DNA from: Myxococcota bacterium
GTDB taxonomy: Bacteria > Myxococcota_A > UBA9160 > PR03
DNA length: 64,000 nucleotides
NCBI GenBank assembly: GCA_041611735.1
Contig: JBFIML010000020.1
Coordinates: forward strand, 1 to 64,000
Direction: 5' to 3'
In this document: piece by piece, positions 1-10,865 of the stretch
Layout: every line of letters starts with the position of its first letter
Numbering within the stretch: the first letter of the stretch is position 1
Program-made: the position numbers and the translations under genes
Notes under the pieces: generated by a model
What the model was told of the DNA's origin: nothing
Database searches by the model: none
Seen by the model: only the letters and a program-made list of their open reading frames with translations

Positions 1-972
1 CCGCCCGCGAACATCACCTTCGGGAACTGGATCCTGGCCACGCGGACCTTCGATCCGAGCGTGGACCTCACCAACCCGAACCTGGTGACCGCCGTCCAGG
101 TGAACACCGACCTGGCCACCGGCGGCAACGGACCGGTGCGGACGGTGCTGTCCAACGTGCTGGGGCGCGACCGCTTCGACATCGGATCCAGCGCCATCGG
201 CTACCTGGGCTTCGTCGGAAACTTCCCGCCGGGGACGGTGGACCTGCCCATCGCCCTGGACTGCTGCGCCATCAGCGGCGGGAGCACCTGCGGCGATTAC
301 TGCACCTGGCTGCGCACCAACAAGCCGAACCCCTTCACGGTGTCGGGCAGCGGTCACATCACTCCCACGCCGACGGGGGGCTGCGCGAGCATCCCGGACA
401 ACTCGTGCGTCACCAAGCTCGAGTTCGAGAGCACGCCGCAGCAGAACGCCTGCTACACCGACTTCCAGAGCGATCCCAACGTCAACACCCCGGACCTCGT
501 GGGCATCGTCCGCAACGCCAACAACCAGGACTTCGGTGTGGACAGCGGGGGCGTGAACCTGGACAATGGCGACAAGACGCCCGTCCTGAAGACGGTCCGG
601 GACAAGTTCTACGGCCTCGGCGAGTTCTCGGGTAATCCCGCCGGGACCCTGCCTCCGCGCTACGGAACGGTCCCGACCCCGCCCAAGAACCCCTCCGGGG
701 TGGACTCCTGGGTGGTCTCGCTCCCGGTGGTCGCGTGCCAGAGCGGCGACAAGTGCGCCGGGGGCAGCCCGGCCCAGGTGGTGGGCGCCGTCTGCCTCGA
801 GGTGCGGCGGGTGGATGCCCCGGGCGGGTCCGCGGGCACTGCCGCCAAGGAGATCTTCGGACGCCTGTTCTGCCCGGGGCCCAGCGAGCCCCTGGACTGC
901 GGCATCGACGGCGCGGGCCCGGGCGGGAAGCCCGGCACGATCCGGGCAGAGCGTGCAGTGCTGGTGCAGTAG
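1..972 (+). CDS. TadG-like pilus assembly protein, 5'-partial, Cys-rich C-terminal region
   Basis: Frame open from base 1 (PPANITFGNWILATRTF...), resembling the TadG I-x-FG-x-W...TF segment; lies directly upstream of cpaE/cpaF/tadB/tadC. Confidence 0.65.
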   Translation, partial: PPANITFGNWILATRTFDPSVDLTNPNLVTAVQVNTDLATGGNGPVRTVLSNVLGRDRFDIGSSAIGYLGFVGNFPPGTVDLPIALDCCAISGGSTCGDYCTWLRTNKPNPFTVSGSGHITPTPTGGCASIPDNSCVTKLEFESTPQQNACYTDFQSDPNVNTPDLVGIVRNANNQDFGVDSGGVNLDNGDKTPVLKTVRDKFYGLGEFSGNPAGTLPPRYGTVPTPPKNPSGVDSWVVSLPVVACQSGDKCAGGSPAQVVGAVCLEVRRVDAPGGSAGTAAKEIFGRLFCPGPSEPLDCGIDGAGPGGKPGTIRAERAVLVQ

Positions 973-1008
973 CGGAAACCCAGTAGCCACGGAGTCGATC
1001 CAACGGAC

Positions 1009-2211
1009 ATGGCGCAGCTCTCACTGGTGATCGTTTCGGCCCGGGCCCGCCTTCGGGAAGTCTTCGAGGAGACGGGCCACGTGGAGGTGCAGGTCGTTCT
1101 GCCGGAGGCGGCAGGGCTGCTCGGCGCCTTGCGGCGGCATCGTCCGGACGCTCTCTACGTAGACCTCGGCACGGACCCCGAGGGCACGCTCGAGCTGCTG
1201 GAGCGGCTGCCCGCCCCGCGGCCGATCCTGCTCCTGGCGGGCCCCCAGGAGGACAGCTCCCTGATCCTGCGCGCCATGCGTCTCGGCGCCCGGGAGTTCT
1301 TCTCGCCCGTCCCCGCCCCCGAGACCGTCCGGGCGGCGGTCCAGCGCCTGCTCCTCGATCCTGGCGGACGCAGCGTGGCCGCCGTCCGAAAGCTCGGCCC
1401 CGTCGTCGCGGTGATGGGGGCCAAGGGCGGCGTGGGAGCCACCTTCACCGCCTGCCAGCTCGCCGCGGAGCTCGAACGCTCCGGAGCCCACGTGGTGCTC
1501 GTGGACATGAACCTGCGCGTGGGCGACGTGGCGCTCTTCCTGGACGTTCATCCCCGCTACACGCTGGCGAACCTGGCCACGGAGCACGACCAGATCGACT
1601 CGGCCTACCTGCACACGATCCTGGAGCCGCATCGGAGCGGGGTCCGGGTGCTGGCCTCCCCGAGCCGGCCGGAGGAGGCCGACCTGGTGCGGGTGGCCCA
1701 CCTGGAGAAGGCCCTCGGCGTCCTGCGCGAGGAGTTCGACTGGGTGGTCCTCGACGTGCCGCGGAGCTGGGACGAGACCAGCCTGCGCGCCCTGGACCTG
1801 GCCGACCAGATCCTGCTGGTGACCCTGATGGACGTGCCCACCCTGAACCACGCGCGCCAGCACCTGGACCTGCTGCAGCGGCTCGGGCACCCCCTGGAGA
1901 AGATCCGGCTGGTCGCCAACCGCTACTCGGGCTCCGGACCCCTCACCCGGAAGGACGTGGAGGACTTCCTGGGACGGGTCCCCGACGCCCTGATCCCGAA
2001 CGACTACCCGACCGCCCTGGCCTGCGTGAACGAGGGCAAGTCGGTGTGGGAGAGCGCTCCGCGCACCCCGCTGTTCGCCGGTTTCGCCCAGCTCGCCAAG
2101 CACGCCTACGCGTGGTGCAACGTCGCGCCTCCGGCGGAGCGTCCGCGGTCCTGGGGCTTTGGGAAACGCCTGGGCAAGCTGCTGAGAAGGAGCCGCCATG
2201 CCGCTGATTGA
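1009..2211 (+). CDS. cpaE: Flp pilus assembly protein CpaE/TadZ (degenerate receiver + MinD-like ATPase)
   Basis: AMRLGAREF receiver remnant, deviant Walker [15 protein letters not shown]...VNEG; tad context. Confidence 0.88.
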   Translation: MAQLSLVIVSARARLREVFEETGHVEVQVVLPEAAGLLGALRRHRPDALYVDLGTDPEGTLELLERLPAPRPILLLAGPQEDSSLILRAMRLGAREFFSPVPAPETVRAAVQRLLLDPGGRSVAAVRKLGPVVAVMGAKGGVGATFTACQLAAELERSGAHVVLVDMNLRVGDVALFLDVHPRYTLANLATEHDQIDSAYLHTILEPHRSGVRVLASPSRPEEADLVRVAHLEKALGVLREEFDWVVLDVPRSWDETSLRALDLADQILLVTLMDVPTLNHARQHLDLLQRLGHPLEKIRLVANRYSGSGPLTRKDVEDFLGRVPDALIPNDYPTALACVNEGKSVWESAPRTPLFAGFAQLAKHAYAWCNVAPPAERPRSWGFGKRLGKLLRRSRHAAD

Positions 2212-3577
2212 CCGACTGAAGCGCCAGACCGTGCGCCCCTCTGCGGCGCTCACCGGAAAGGATGGCGCCGCGCGCAAGAAGGGACCGGAGGAAGCCCCGG
2301 ACACCGCCTACCAGCAGCTGAAGTCGCGGGTCCACATCAAGCTCTTCGACTACCTCGACCTCTCGCGCATGAACAAGGTGAGCGAGGATCGGGTGGCCGA
2401 GGACGTGGCCCTCGCCACCAAGCTGGTCCTCGACGAGGAGAAGGTGCTGCTCACCCTGGAGGAGCGGGAGCGCCTGGTGCGTGAAATCCAGCACGAAGTG
2501 TTCGGCCTCGGCCCCCTGGAGCCGCTGCTGGAGGACGCGAGCATCAGCGACATCCTGGTGAACGGATACAACCAGATCTACGTGGAGCGGCGCGGCAAGA
2601 TCGAGCGAACCGTGGCGCGTTTCAAGGACGACGACCACCTGATGCGGGTGGTGGACAAGATCGTCTCGAGCGTGGGCCGCCGGGTGGACGAGACGACCCC
2701 CCTGGTGGACGCGCGCCTGAAGGACGGCTCGCGGGTCAACGTGATCATCCCGCCGCTGGCCCTGGACGGTCCCACCCTCTCGATCCGCCGCTTCGCGGCG
2801 GACCCCTTCACGGCCGACGACCTGGTGTCCATGGGCACCCTCACCAAGGAGATCGTGGAGCTGCTGACCGGCGCCGTGAAGGCGCGCCTGAACCTGCTGA
2901 TCTCCGGCGGAACCGGCTCCGGGAAGACGACGCTGCTGAACGTGCTGTCGAGCTTCGTCCCCAACAACGAGCGGATCGTCACCATCGAGGACGCCGCCGA
3001 GCTCCAGCTGCGTCAGGACCACGTGGTGCGCCTCGAAACCCGCCCGCCGAACATCGAGGGCCGGGGGCAGATCTCCCAGCGCGAGCTGGTGATCAACAGC
3101 CTGCGCATGCGGCCGGACCGCATCATCGTGGGCGAGGTGCGCGGCGGCGAGGCCTTGGACATGCTCCAGGCCATGAACACGGGCCACGATGGGTCGCTCA
3201 CCACCATCCACGCCAACTCGGCCCGTGACGCCCTGGCGCGCATCGAGACCATGGTCGCCATGACGGGCCTCGAGTTGCCCCAGCGGGCGGTGCGCCAGCA
3301 GCTCTCGTCTGCGATCCAGGTGGTCATCCAGCTGGCCCGCATGAGCGACGGCACGCGGCGGTTGGTGAGCCTGCAGGAGATCACGGGCATGGAGGGCGAC
3401 GTGGTCACCATGCAGGAGATCTTCACCTTCGAGCGGCGTGGCGTGGGCCAGGATGGTGCCGTGCTCGGCGAGCTGGTTCCCACGGGTCTGCGTCCGACGT
3501 TCGCCGAGAAGCTGCGCCTCTCGGGGGTGGAACTGCCCTGGGACCTGTTCGAGCGGCACAGCGCCGCGGCCCGCTAG
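2198..3577 (+). CDS. cpaF: Flp pilus assembly ATPase CpaF/TadA
   Basis: [41 protein letters not shown]. Confidence 0.96.
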   Translation: MPLIDRLKRQTVRPSAALTGKDGAARKKGPEEAPDTAYQQLKSRVHIKLFDYLDLSRMNKVSEDRVAEDVALATKLVLDEEKVLLTLEERERLVREIQHEVFGLGPLEPLLEDASISDILVNGYNQIYVERRGKIERTVARFKDDDHLMRVVDKIVSSVGRRVDETTPLVDARLKDGSRVNVIIPPLALDGPTLSIRRFAADPFTADDLVSMGTLTKEIVELLTGAVKARLNLLISGGTGSGKTTLLNVLSSFVPNNERIVTIEDAAELQLRQDHVVRLETRPPNIEGRGQISQRELVINSLRMRPDRIIVGEVRGGEALDMLQAMNTGHDGSLTTIHANSARDALARIETMVAMTGLELPQRAVRQQLSSAIQVVIQLARMSDGTRRLVSLQEITGMEGDVVTMQEIFTFERRGVGQDGAVLGELVPTGLRPTFAEKLRLSGVELPWDLFERHSAAAR

Positions 3578-3585
3578 GGGGAGCC

Positions 3586-4563
3586 ATGGAGCCGATCTTC
3601 CTCGTCCTCGTCTTCCTCACCGTCGTGCTGGCGGCGGAGGGGCTGTTCAACCTGGTGAGCAGCTCGCGCGGCTCGGATCAGCAAAGCCGCGCCCGTCGGC
3701 GCTTGAAGATGCTCGCCGGCCGACTCCAGGCCGTGGAGGTGGCGGCCCAGGAGGGATCGATCCTGCGCGGCATGGACGATGCGCGCCGGACCTTCGGCGA
3801 CTTCTTCCTGAGCCTGCTGCCCAACCGGAAATCACTCGAGCTGCTGCTCTACCGGGCCGGTGTGCCGATGACTCCGGGCCGCTTCCTCAGCACCTCCGCC
3901 CTGCTGACCGTGGGCGGCTGGCTGGTGCTCTCGGCCCTGCGCAACGATCCCGGCGTCGGGCTGCTCGGCCTCTCCGCCGGCCTCGTGCCCTGGTTCGTGG
4001 TGCGGGGCATGGCCAGCAAGCGCATGCGTCAGTTCGAGGCCCAGCTCCCGGAGGGCCTGGAGCTGCTGACGCGCGCCCTGCGCGCTGGACACTCCCTCGG
4101 CACCGGCTTCCACCTGGTGGGCGAGGAGATGGCCGACCCCCTCGGCGTGGAGTTCGCCCAGGTGGCCGAGGAGATCAAGTTCGGCCTCGACATCCGCGGC
4201 GCCCTCATGAACCTGGCCCACCGCATCGACAGCCCGGACGTGCCCTACTTCGTGACGGCCGTGCTGATCCAGCGGGAGACCGGCGGCAACCTGGCCGAGC
4301 TGCTGGACAACCTGGGCAACCTGGTCCGCGAGCGCGCCAAGTTCCACGGCAAGCTGCGGGCCATCACCTCCCAGGGGCGCATGACCGCAGCGATCCTGGC
4401 CATCTGGCCGGCCGTCACCGTGGCGCTCCTGGTGTGGACCCACCCGAAGTACATCCAACCGTTGCTCGAGACCTCCACGGGACACATGGCCCTGCTGATC
4501 GCCGCCGTGCTGTGCGTGGTGGGCTACTTGATCGCCCGACGCCTGGCCGACGTCCGGGTCTGA
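3586..4563 (+). CDS. tadB: Tight adherence protein TadB (T2SSF domain)
   Basis: FEAQLPEGLELLTRALRAGHS, IQRETGGNLAELL; GGGGAG SD. Confidence 0.93.
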   Translation: MEPIFLVLVFLTVVLAAEGLFNLVSSSRGSDQQSRARRRLKMLAGRLQAVEVAAQEGSILRGMDDARRTFGDFFLSLLPNRKSLELLLYRAGVPMTPGRFLSTSALLTVGGWLVLSALRNDPGVGLLGLSAGLVPWFVVRGMASKRMRQFEAQLPEGLELLTRALRAGHSLGTGFHLVGEEMADPLGVEFAQVAEEIKFGLDIRGALMNLAHRIDSPDVPYFVTAVLIQRETGGNLAELLDNLGNLVRERAKFHGKLRAITSQGRMTAAILAIWPAVTVALLVWTHPKYIQPLLETSTGHMALLIAAVLCVVGYLIARRLADVRV

Positions 4564-4581
4564 GGGAGGGACGCAGCCGTC

Positions 4582-5508
4582 ATGAATCTCTTGATCCTCC
4601 TGGTCTTCGGCAGCACCGTCGCCCTGGTGCTCGGCGTGGCGAGCCTGGTGGGGCAGCGGCCCGCCAAGCGCCGTCTCGCCCGCCTGGCGGACGGCTCGGT
4701 GGCGCCCGTTCCCCATACCTTGTCCGAGGACTCGGTGCTGGCGCAGTCGCGGCCCAGCCGCTTCGCGCGGCTGCTGGGCTCCCTGGGACGACCGGGTAAC
4801 GAGAAGGAGACGCAGGCGGCGGGGCGCCTGCGCCAGCGACTGATCCAGGCCGGTTACCGCAACGAGGGCGCCGTGGGCGTCTTCCTGGGCAGCCGGATCG
4901 TCCTGGCCCTGCTGGCGCCGAGCCTGCTGCTGGCCACGGCCTTCGCGACGCTCGAGTCCTGGCGGCTGGTGCCGCTGCTCTTCGCCGCCACGGGTCTCGG
5001 CTACGTGCTGCCGAGCTGGTGGGTGGACCGGCGCAAGAGCTGGCGGCAGGGCCAGGTCGAACGCGGCCTGCCGGATGCCCTCGACCTGATGGTGGTCTGC
5101 GTGGAAGCGGGCTTCGGGGTCAACGCGAGCCTCCAGCGCGTGGCCAAGGAGTTCGCCCCCACCAACCCGGTCCTCTCCGCGGAGATGGAGCTCGTCACCC
5201 TGGAGATCCGGGCCGGCAAGTCCACCGTGGACGCCCTGCGCGGCCTGGCCGAGCGGACCGGCGTGTCGGAGGTCAGCTCGCTGGTGGCCCTGCTCGTCCA
5301 GACCAACCGCTTCGGCACCAGCGTGGCCGACGCGCTGCGTGTGCACGCCGACTCCATGCGCGTGCGCCGCATGCAGAAGGCGGAGGAGAAAGCGGGCCAG
5401 GCGCCGCTCAAGATGATCTTTCCCACCGTGGTGATCTTCCTCGCCACGATGATCGTCCTGCTGACGCCGGCGGTGATCCAGTTCAACGGCATGTTCGAGA
5501 AGAAGTAG
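4582..5508 (+). CDS. tadC: Tight adherence protein TadC
   Basis: LPDALDLMVVCVEAG, RFGTSVADALR, AEEKA...KMIFP. Confidence 0.93.
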   Translation: MNLLILLVFGSTVALVLGVASLVGQRPAKRRLARLADGSVAPVPHTLSEDSVLAQSRPSRFARLLGSLGRPGNEKETQAAGRLRQRLIQAGYRNEGAVGVFLGSRIVLALLAPSLLLATAFATLESWRLVPLLFAATGLGYVLPSWWVDRRKSWRQGQVERGLPDALDLMVVCVEAGFGVNASLQRVAKEFAPTNPVLSAEMELVTLEIRAGKSTVDALRGLAERTGVSEVSSLVALLVQTNRFGTSVADALRVHADSMRVRRMQKAEEKAGQAPLKMIFPTVVIFLATMIVLLTPAVIQFNGMFEKK

Positions 5509-5525
5509 GGGTGAGAGGAGATCCC

Positions 5526-6479
5526 ATGTCCGGACCGCATCGTGGACGGCGGGGCCGCTGGGCAGCCCCGGCGGTGGTTCTGCTCACCGCCTTCGGGCTC
5601 GGCGGCTGCGCCGCCTCGGCCGGCCCGGAGCCGGCGAACCGGAACGCCTATCCGGAGCTGCTGCGCGCCCAGCGCGAGCGGCAGGCGGCGGTGCCGGCCA
5701 AGAAGACCGCGCCTCCCACCGTGGCGGAGAAGCTGCGCCAGGGCGACGCCTCCCGCGAGGCCGGCCAGGCGGGCCGTGCCATGTGGAGCTACCTGCAGGC
5801 CCATCGCCTGGACCGGGAAGCTCCCGAGCCGGTGGCCCGCATCGCCTCGCTGCACCTGAAGGAGGACCCCCAGCGGGCCCGGGAGCTGTTCGCGATGCTG
5901 GCCACGCGACACCCGGAATCGGTGGACGCCCACACGGGCCTCGGCCTGGCGGAGCTGGCACGCGGCGAGCTGGAGGACGCGCGTGCGTCGCTCACGCGAG
6001 CCGCTGAGCTGCACGACGATCCGACCGTGCTCTCGGCCCTCGGCGTCACCCTGGACCGCCTCGGCGAGCACCGCCGCGCCCAGGAGTACTACCGGCGGGC
6101 GGCGGAGCTCGACCCGGCGAGCTGGGAGATCCAGAACAACCTGGGCGTCTCGCTGCTCATGAGCAAGGACTACGCGCCGGCCTCCGAGGCGCTGCGCAAG
6201 GCAGCCCTGCTGCGACCCCGGGATCCGGCGGTGCTCAACAACCTGGGCCTCGTCCTGGGGCGCCTCGAACGCTACGACGAGGCCCTCGACAGCTTCCGCA
6301 AGGCCGGCGGCGAGCAGGCGGCGCGCAACAATCTGGGTTACGTCTACTTCCTGAACGGACGCTACTTCGAAGCGGTCACCCAGTACGAGAGCGCGCTGAT
6401 CCTCGGCGGCAAGGAGGATCGGGTGCAGATCCTCCGCAATCTTCGCGCGGCACGGGAGGCCGCGGCGAGTTCCCGGTAG
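5526..6479 (+). CDS. tadD: TadD-like TPR lipoprotein
   Basis: GAGAGGAG SD before ATG 5526; lipobox LGGC; repeated TPR motifs NNLG; follows tadC. Confidence 0.8.
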   Translation: MSGPHRGRRGRWAAPAVVLLTAFGLGGCAASAGPEPANRNAYPELLRAQRERQAAVPAKKTAPPTVAEKLRQGDASREAGQAGRAMWSYLQAHRLDREAPEPVARIASLHLKEDPQRARELFAMLATRHPESVDAHTGLGLAELARGELEDARASLTRAAELHDDPTVLSALGVTLDRLGEHRRAQEYYRRAAELDPASWEIQNNLGVSLLMSKDYAPASEALRKAALLRPRDPAVLNNLGLVLGRLERYDEALDSFRKAGGEQAARNNLGYVYFLNGRYFEAVTQYESALILGGKEDRVQILRNLRAAREAAASSR

Positions 6480-6485
6480 GACCCG

Positions 6486-8030
6486 ATGCGCCGCCTCTCC
6501 AGCCATCTCTGCCACGTCGGCCTCGCCCTGGCGCTGGGAGCCGGGCTCGCAGCCCCGGCCTGGGCCGCAGAGGGCGAGGACGGCGTCTACCGCGCCCGCT
6601 TCCGGCTTCCCGCGGACGGCAGCGCCGCGGAGCGGATCTCCGAGCAGACGCTTCCCGCGCAGCCCGCTGCGGTGGCACCTCCCGTCCAGGCTCCGGCTCC
6701 CGTCCTGGAGGAGTCCCTGACGCCCGAGCTTCCCTTCCAGGAGGGAGCGCTCCCCGGTGAGAGCTCGCACCGGCTCGAGACGGAGGTGCAGCTCGGCATC
6801 GAGTTCCCGCCGGACCGAACCTTCGTGGGCGAGCCGACCGGCGCCTTCCTGGCGGGCCATGCCTTCGCGCTGGTGCGCGAGTCCCAGGGTCTCGACGTCC
6901 TGTTCGTGATGGACACCTCGCGCTCCACGCGCCGCATGAGCGGGATCGACGTGGACGAGGACGGAACGATCGGCCAGGATTCCCTACGCGGAGTCTTCGC
7001 CACCCCCGACCCCGACGATTCGATCCTGGCCGCAGAGGTGGCGGCGGCCCGAAGCCTGCTGGGAGGCCTCGACCCCCGCTCGACCCGGGTCGGTCTCGTG
7101 ACCTTCTCGGGCGAGCCGGCACGCCAGAGCCGCGGCTTCTTCAGCGACCCGCGCCGGATCTCGGCCGTCACCCTCGAGCCCCTCACCCACGATCACGACC
7201 GCGTGCGACGCGCCCTGGATCTCGTGCTGCTCCAGGGGCCGTCCGGCATGACGGACCTGGCCGCCGGCGTCGATCATGCGCGGGCGGAGCTGGTGGGGCT
7301 GCCGGGTACGGTCTCCGAGCCGGATTCCGGCAGCGAGAAGGTCGTGGTCTTCCTGACCGACGGACAACCCTCGCTGCCCTACGACCCGGTCCTCGAAGAA
7401 GAGAACGTGCGGGCGCTGATGCGGGCAGCCGACCGGGCCGCCCGCGCCGGGATCCGGGTCCACACGGTGGCCATCGGGCCGCAGACCCGCGGCAAGCCCT
7501 ACGCCGCCATGGAGCTCGCGGCCCGCACCGAAGGGAAGTTCAACCCGGTGGGGCATCCGAAGGAGCTCGGCCCGGTGATCCGGAACAAGGTGACCTTCGC
7601 CCAGCTCGAGGAGCTCAGCGTGCGCAACCTGAGCGCCGACGCGCCCGCCAGCCAGGTCACGGCGGACGGGGACGGGGCCTGGGGAGCGCTGGTCCCGGTG
7701 GTGGTGGGTCTCAATCGCATCGAGGTCACCGGGCGGGCGAGTGATGGCACGCTGGCCCGGGCCGAGGTGACGCTCCAGTTCGCACCGGGCGAGCCTTCGG
7801 TGCCGCCCCCGCCGGCCCTTGCCGAGCGCCGCAACCAGCTGCTGGAGCGACGGCTCGTGGAGCTCCAGCGCGACCGCGCCCGGGTGGAGCAGGAGCGCGT
7901 CGATCGCACCCGACGCCAGCTCAAGCTGGAGATCGAGCGCAAGCGCGGCGAGCTTCCGGGCGAGGATCCCGGGCGGCGCAAGGAGCTCGAGCTCCGCGTC
8001 GAGAGCCGGGCCCCGTCTCCCCAGCCTTGA
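6486..8030 (+). CDS. Secreted vWA (MIDAS) domain protein with C-terminal coiled coil
   Basis: Signal peptide; [23 protein letters not shown] elements. Confidence 0.82.
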   Translation: MRRLSSHLCHVGLALALGAGLAAPAWAAEGEDGVYRARFRLPADGSAAERISEQTLPAQPAAVAPPVQAPAPVLEESLTPELPFQEGALPGESSHRLETEVQLGIEFPPDRTFVGEPTGAFLAGHAFALVRESQGLDVLFVMDTSRSTRRMSGIDVDEDGTIGQDSLRGVFATPDPDDSILAAEVAAARSLLGGLDPRSTRVGLVTFSGEPARQSRGFFSDPRRISAVTLEPLTHDHDRVRRALDLVLLQGPSGMTDLAAGVDHARAELVGLPGTVSEPDSGSEKVVVFLTDGQPSLPYDPVLEEENVRALMRAADRAARAGIRVHTVAIGPQTRGKPYAAMELAARTEGKFNPVGHPKELGPVIRNKVTFAQLEELSVRNLSADAPASQVTADGDGAWGALVPVVVGLNRIEVTGRASDGTLARAEVTLQFAPGEPSVPPPPALAERRNQLLERRLVELQRDRARVEQERVDRTRRQLKLEIERKRGELPGEDPGRRKELELRVESRAPSPQP

Positions 8031-8064
8031 GGCTGGATCCCCCTCGGGGATAAACCTCCTTTTT

Positions 8065-8117
8065 AATCAGTACCGATCGAGTCCACTATTTACAGGACCG
8101 GAGCGGTCCCCTATGCT
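8065..8117 (+). promoter_or_regulatory. sigma70-type promoter of the suf operon with two putative Rrf2 operator boxes
   Basis: TTTACA(8089-8094)-17 nt-TATGCT(8112-8117); GTAC-N7-GTCC at 8070-8084 and GGAC-N7-GTCC at 8095-8109. Confidence 0.6.
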
Positions 8118-8152
8118 CCGAAGCGTCCGGGGTTCCGGGCGGGAGCACCGTC

Positions 8153-8632
8153 ATGCTGCGCATCAGCCGCCTCACCGACTACGCCATCGTCCTGCTCGCC
8201 CACCTGGCCGGGGGCGACAGCGGAGAGCTGCAGAACGCCCGCGAGCTGGCCCGCGCCGCGGCCCTTCCGCTCCCCGTGGTGAGCAAGATCCTGAAGGCGC
8301 TGACCCGGGCCGGCCTGCTGCAATCGCAGCGCGGGGCCCGGGGCGGCTACGTGCTGGTGCGAGCGCCGGAGCAGGTCTCCGTGGCGGAGCTCCTGGACGC
8401 CCTGGAGGGTCCCGTCGCCCTGACCGAGTGCGGCGCCCATCCGGGCGTGTGTCAGCAGGAGGCGAGCTGCCGGGTTCGCGACCCCTGGCAGCGCATCAAC
8501 CGCGCCATCCGCGAGACCCTGGAGCGCGTGACCCTGGCCGACCTGGTGCGGGCGTCCGAGCCTTCGCTCATCCCGCCCGACAGCCTGTTCGGGCAGTCGG
8601 CAGGCGCTTCGCGGTCCCTGGAGAGTTCCTGA
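8153..8632 (+). CDS. SUF system Fe-S cluster assembly regulator (Rrf2 family)
   Basis: [18 protein letters not shown], three Cys (C-x6-C-x5-C); heads the suf operon. Confidence 0.92.
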   Translation: MLRISRLTDYAIVLLAHLAGGDSGELQNARELARAAALPLPVVSKILKALTRAGLLQSQRGARGGYVLVRAPEQVSVAELLDALEGPVALTECGAHPGVCQQEASCRVRDPWQRINRAIRETLERVTLADLVRASEPSLIPPDSLFGQSAGASRSLESS

Positions 8633-8643
8633 GGGAGGGATCC

Positions 8644-10086
8644 ATGGCCCAGAGCAACCTCGAGCAGCTGGCGAGCCGGGAGTACGAGTGGGGCTTCGTC
8701 ACCGAGATCGAGCAGGACACCGTCCCGCCCGGCCTCGACGAGGGCGTGATCCGCCTGATCTCCGCCAAGAAGAACGAGCCGGAGTGGATGCTCGAGTGGC
8801 GCCTGCGCGCCTACCGCCGCTGGCTCGACATGGTGGAGCCGCACCACTGGGCGAAGGTCGAGTACCCGCACCTCGACTACCAGGCGATCAGCTACTACTC
8901 GGCGCCCCGACAGGCCAGCCGGCCCGAGAGCCTCGACGAGGTCGACCCGGAGATCCTGCGCACCTACGAGAAGCTCGGCATCCCGCTGGCGGAGCAGAAG
9001 CGCCTGACGGGCGTGGCGGTGGACGCGGTCTTCGACAGCGTCTCCGTCGGAACCACCTTCCAGAAGGAGCTCGAGAAGCAGGGAATCCTCTTCTGCTCCT
9101 TCTCGGATGCCGTCCAGAAGTGTCCCGAGCTGGTGCGCCAGTACATGGGATCGGTGGTGCCCTACAACGACAACTTCTTCGCGGCACTCAACTCGGCGGT
9201 CTTCACCGACGGCTCCTTCGTGTACGTGCCGAAGGGCGTGCGCTGCCCCATGGAGCTGTCCACGTACTTCCGGATCAACGCGGCCCAGACCGGCCAGTTC
9301 GAGCGCACCCTGATCGTCGCCGACGAGGGCAGCTACGTCAGCTATCTGGAGGGATGCACGGCGCCCATGCGCTCCGAGCATCAGCTCCACGCGGCCGTGG
9401 TGGAGCTCGTGGCCCTGGACGACGCGGAGATCAAGTACTCGACCGTCCAGAACTGGTATCCCGGCGACGAGCAGGGACGCGGCGGGATCTTCAACTTCGT
9501 GACCAAGCGCGGCAAGTGCCAGGGCCGCCGCTCGAAGATCTCCTGGACCCAGGTGGAGACCGGCTCCGCCATCACCTGGAAGTATCCGAGCTGCCTGCTG
9601 CTCGGCGACGATTCGGTGGGCGAGTTCTACTCGGTCGCCCTCACGGCCAAGCGGCAGCAGGCGGACACGGGCACCAAGATGATCCACGTGGGCAAGCGCA
9701 CGCGGAGCACCATCGTGTCCAAGGGCATCTCGGCCGCGCACGGCCAGAACACCTACCGCGGCCTGGTGCGCATCCAGAAAGGGGCCGAAGGGGCCCGCAA
9801 CTACTCCCAGTGCGACTCGCTGCTGCTGGGCGATAAGTGCGGCGCCCACACCTTCCCCTATCTCGAGGTGCAGAACCCGACGGCCACCGTGGAGCACGAG
9901 GCCACCACTTCGAAGATCGGGGAGGACCAGCTCTTCTACTGCCGGCAGCGCGGCATCTCCGAGGAGGACGCCGTCAACCTGATCGTGAACGGCTTCTGCA
10001 AGCGCGTGCTGCGCGAGCTGCCCATGGAGTTCGCGGTGGAGGCCCAGAAGCTGCTGGGCGTGAGTCTGGAGGGAGCGGTCGGATGA
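8644..10086 (+). CDS. sufB: Fe-S cluster assembly protein SufB
   Basis: [45 protein letters not shown]. Confidence 0.97.
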   Translation: MAQSNLEQLASREYEWGFVTEIEQDTVPPGLDEGVIRLISAKKNEPEWMLEWRLRAYRRWLDMVEPHHWAKVEYPHLDYQAISYYSAPRQASRPESLDEVDPEILRTYEKLGIPLAEQKRLTGVAVDAVFDSVSVGTTFQKELEKQGILFCSFSDAVQKCPELVRQYMGSVVPYNDNFFAALNSAVFTDGSFVYVPKGVRCPMELSTYFRINAAQTGQFERTLIVADEGSYVSYLEGCTAPMRSEHQLHAAVVELVALDDAEIKYSTVQNWYPGDEQGRGGIFNFVTKRGKCQGRRSKISWTQVETGSAITWKYPSCLLLGDDSVGEFYSVALTAKRQQADTGTKMIHVGKRTRSTIVSKGISAAHGQNTYRGLVRIQKGAEGARNYSQCDSLLLGDKCGAHTFPYLEVQNPTATVEHEATTSKIGEDQLFYCRQRGISEEDAVNLIVNGFCKRVLRELPMEFAVEAQKLLGVSLEGAVG

Positions 10087-10865
10087 GCGGAGCAGGGACC
10101 TCGATGCTGGAGATCCGGGATCTCCACGCGCGCACGGCGGAACGCGAGATCCTGCGAGGCATCGACCTCGTGGTGCGCCCCGGCGAGGTGCACGCGGTGA
10201 TGGGCCCCAACGCCTCGGGCAAGAGCACGCTGGCCCACGTGCTGGCGGGCAAGCCCAGCTACCAGGTGACCCGGGGTGAGGTGCGCTTCGAAGGCAGCGA
10301 CCTGCTGGCCCTCTCGCCGGAAGAGCGTGCCTGCCGGGGCGTCTTCCTGGCCTTCCAGTACCCGGTGGAGATCCCGGGGGTCAGCAACCTCTACTTCCTG
10401 AAGGCGGCGCTGAACGCCGTCCGCACCCACCGGGGCGAGCCGGAGCTCGACGCGGTCGAGTTCCTGACCCTGGCCCGGGAGAAGATGAAGCTCGTGCACA
10501 TGGACGAGGAGCTGATGAACCGGGCCGTGAACGAGGGTTTCTCGGGCGGGGAGAAGAAGCGCAACGAGATCCTCCAGATGGCGATCCTCGATCCGAAGCT
10601 CGCCGTCCTCGACGAGACCGACTCCGGCCTCGACATCGACGCGCTCAAGATCGTCGCGGAGGGTGTGAACGCCCTGCGTCACCCGGCGCGCTCCATGGTC
10701 GTGATCACCCACTACCAGCGCCTGCTCGAGTACGTGGTCCCGGACATGGTGCACGTGCTGGCGGGAGGCCGCATCGTCCGCAGCGGCGGCAAGCAGCTCG
10801 CCCACGAGCTCGAGGAGAAGGGCTACGGCTGGGTCGAGCAGGAGGCGCAGACCGCCACCCGATGA
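10083..10865 (+). CDS. sufC: Fe-S cluster assembly ATPase SufC
   Basis: [47 protein letters not shown]. Confidence 0.96.
   Translation: MSGAGTSMLEIRDLHARTAEREILRGIDLVVRPGEVHAVMGPNASGKSTLAHVLAGKPSYQVTRGEVRFEGSDLLALSPEERACRGVFLAFQYPVEIPGVSNLYFLKAALNAVRTHRGEPELDAVEFLTLAREKMKLVHMDEELMNRAVNEGFSGGEKKRNEILQMAILDPKLAVLDETDSGLDIDALKIVAEGVNALRHPARSMVVITHYQRLLEYVVPDMVHVLAGGRIVRSGGKQLAHELEEKGYGWVEQEAQTATR

Noticed and set aside
7819-10086. 755-aa N-terminally extended SufB
   Set aside because: The extension overlaps the vWA and Rrf2 genes in another frame; the SD and ATG at 8644 give a normal-length SufB.
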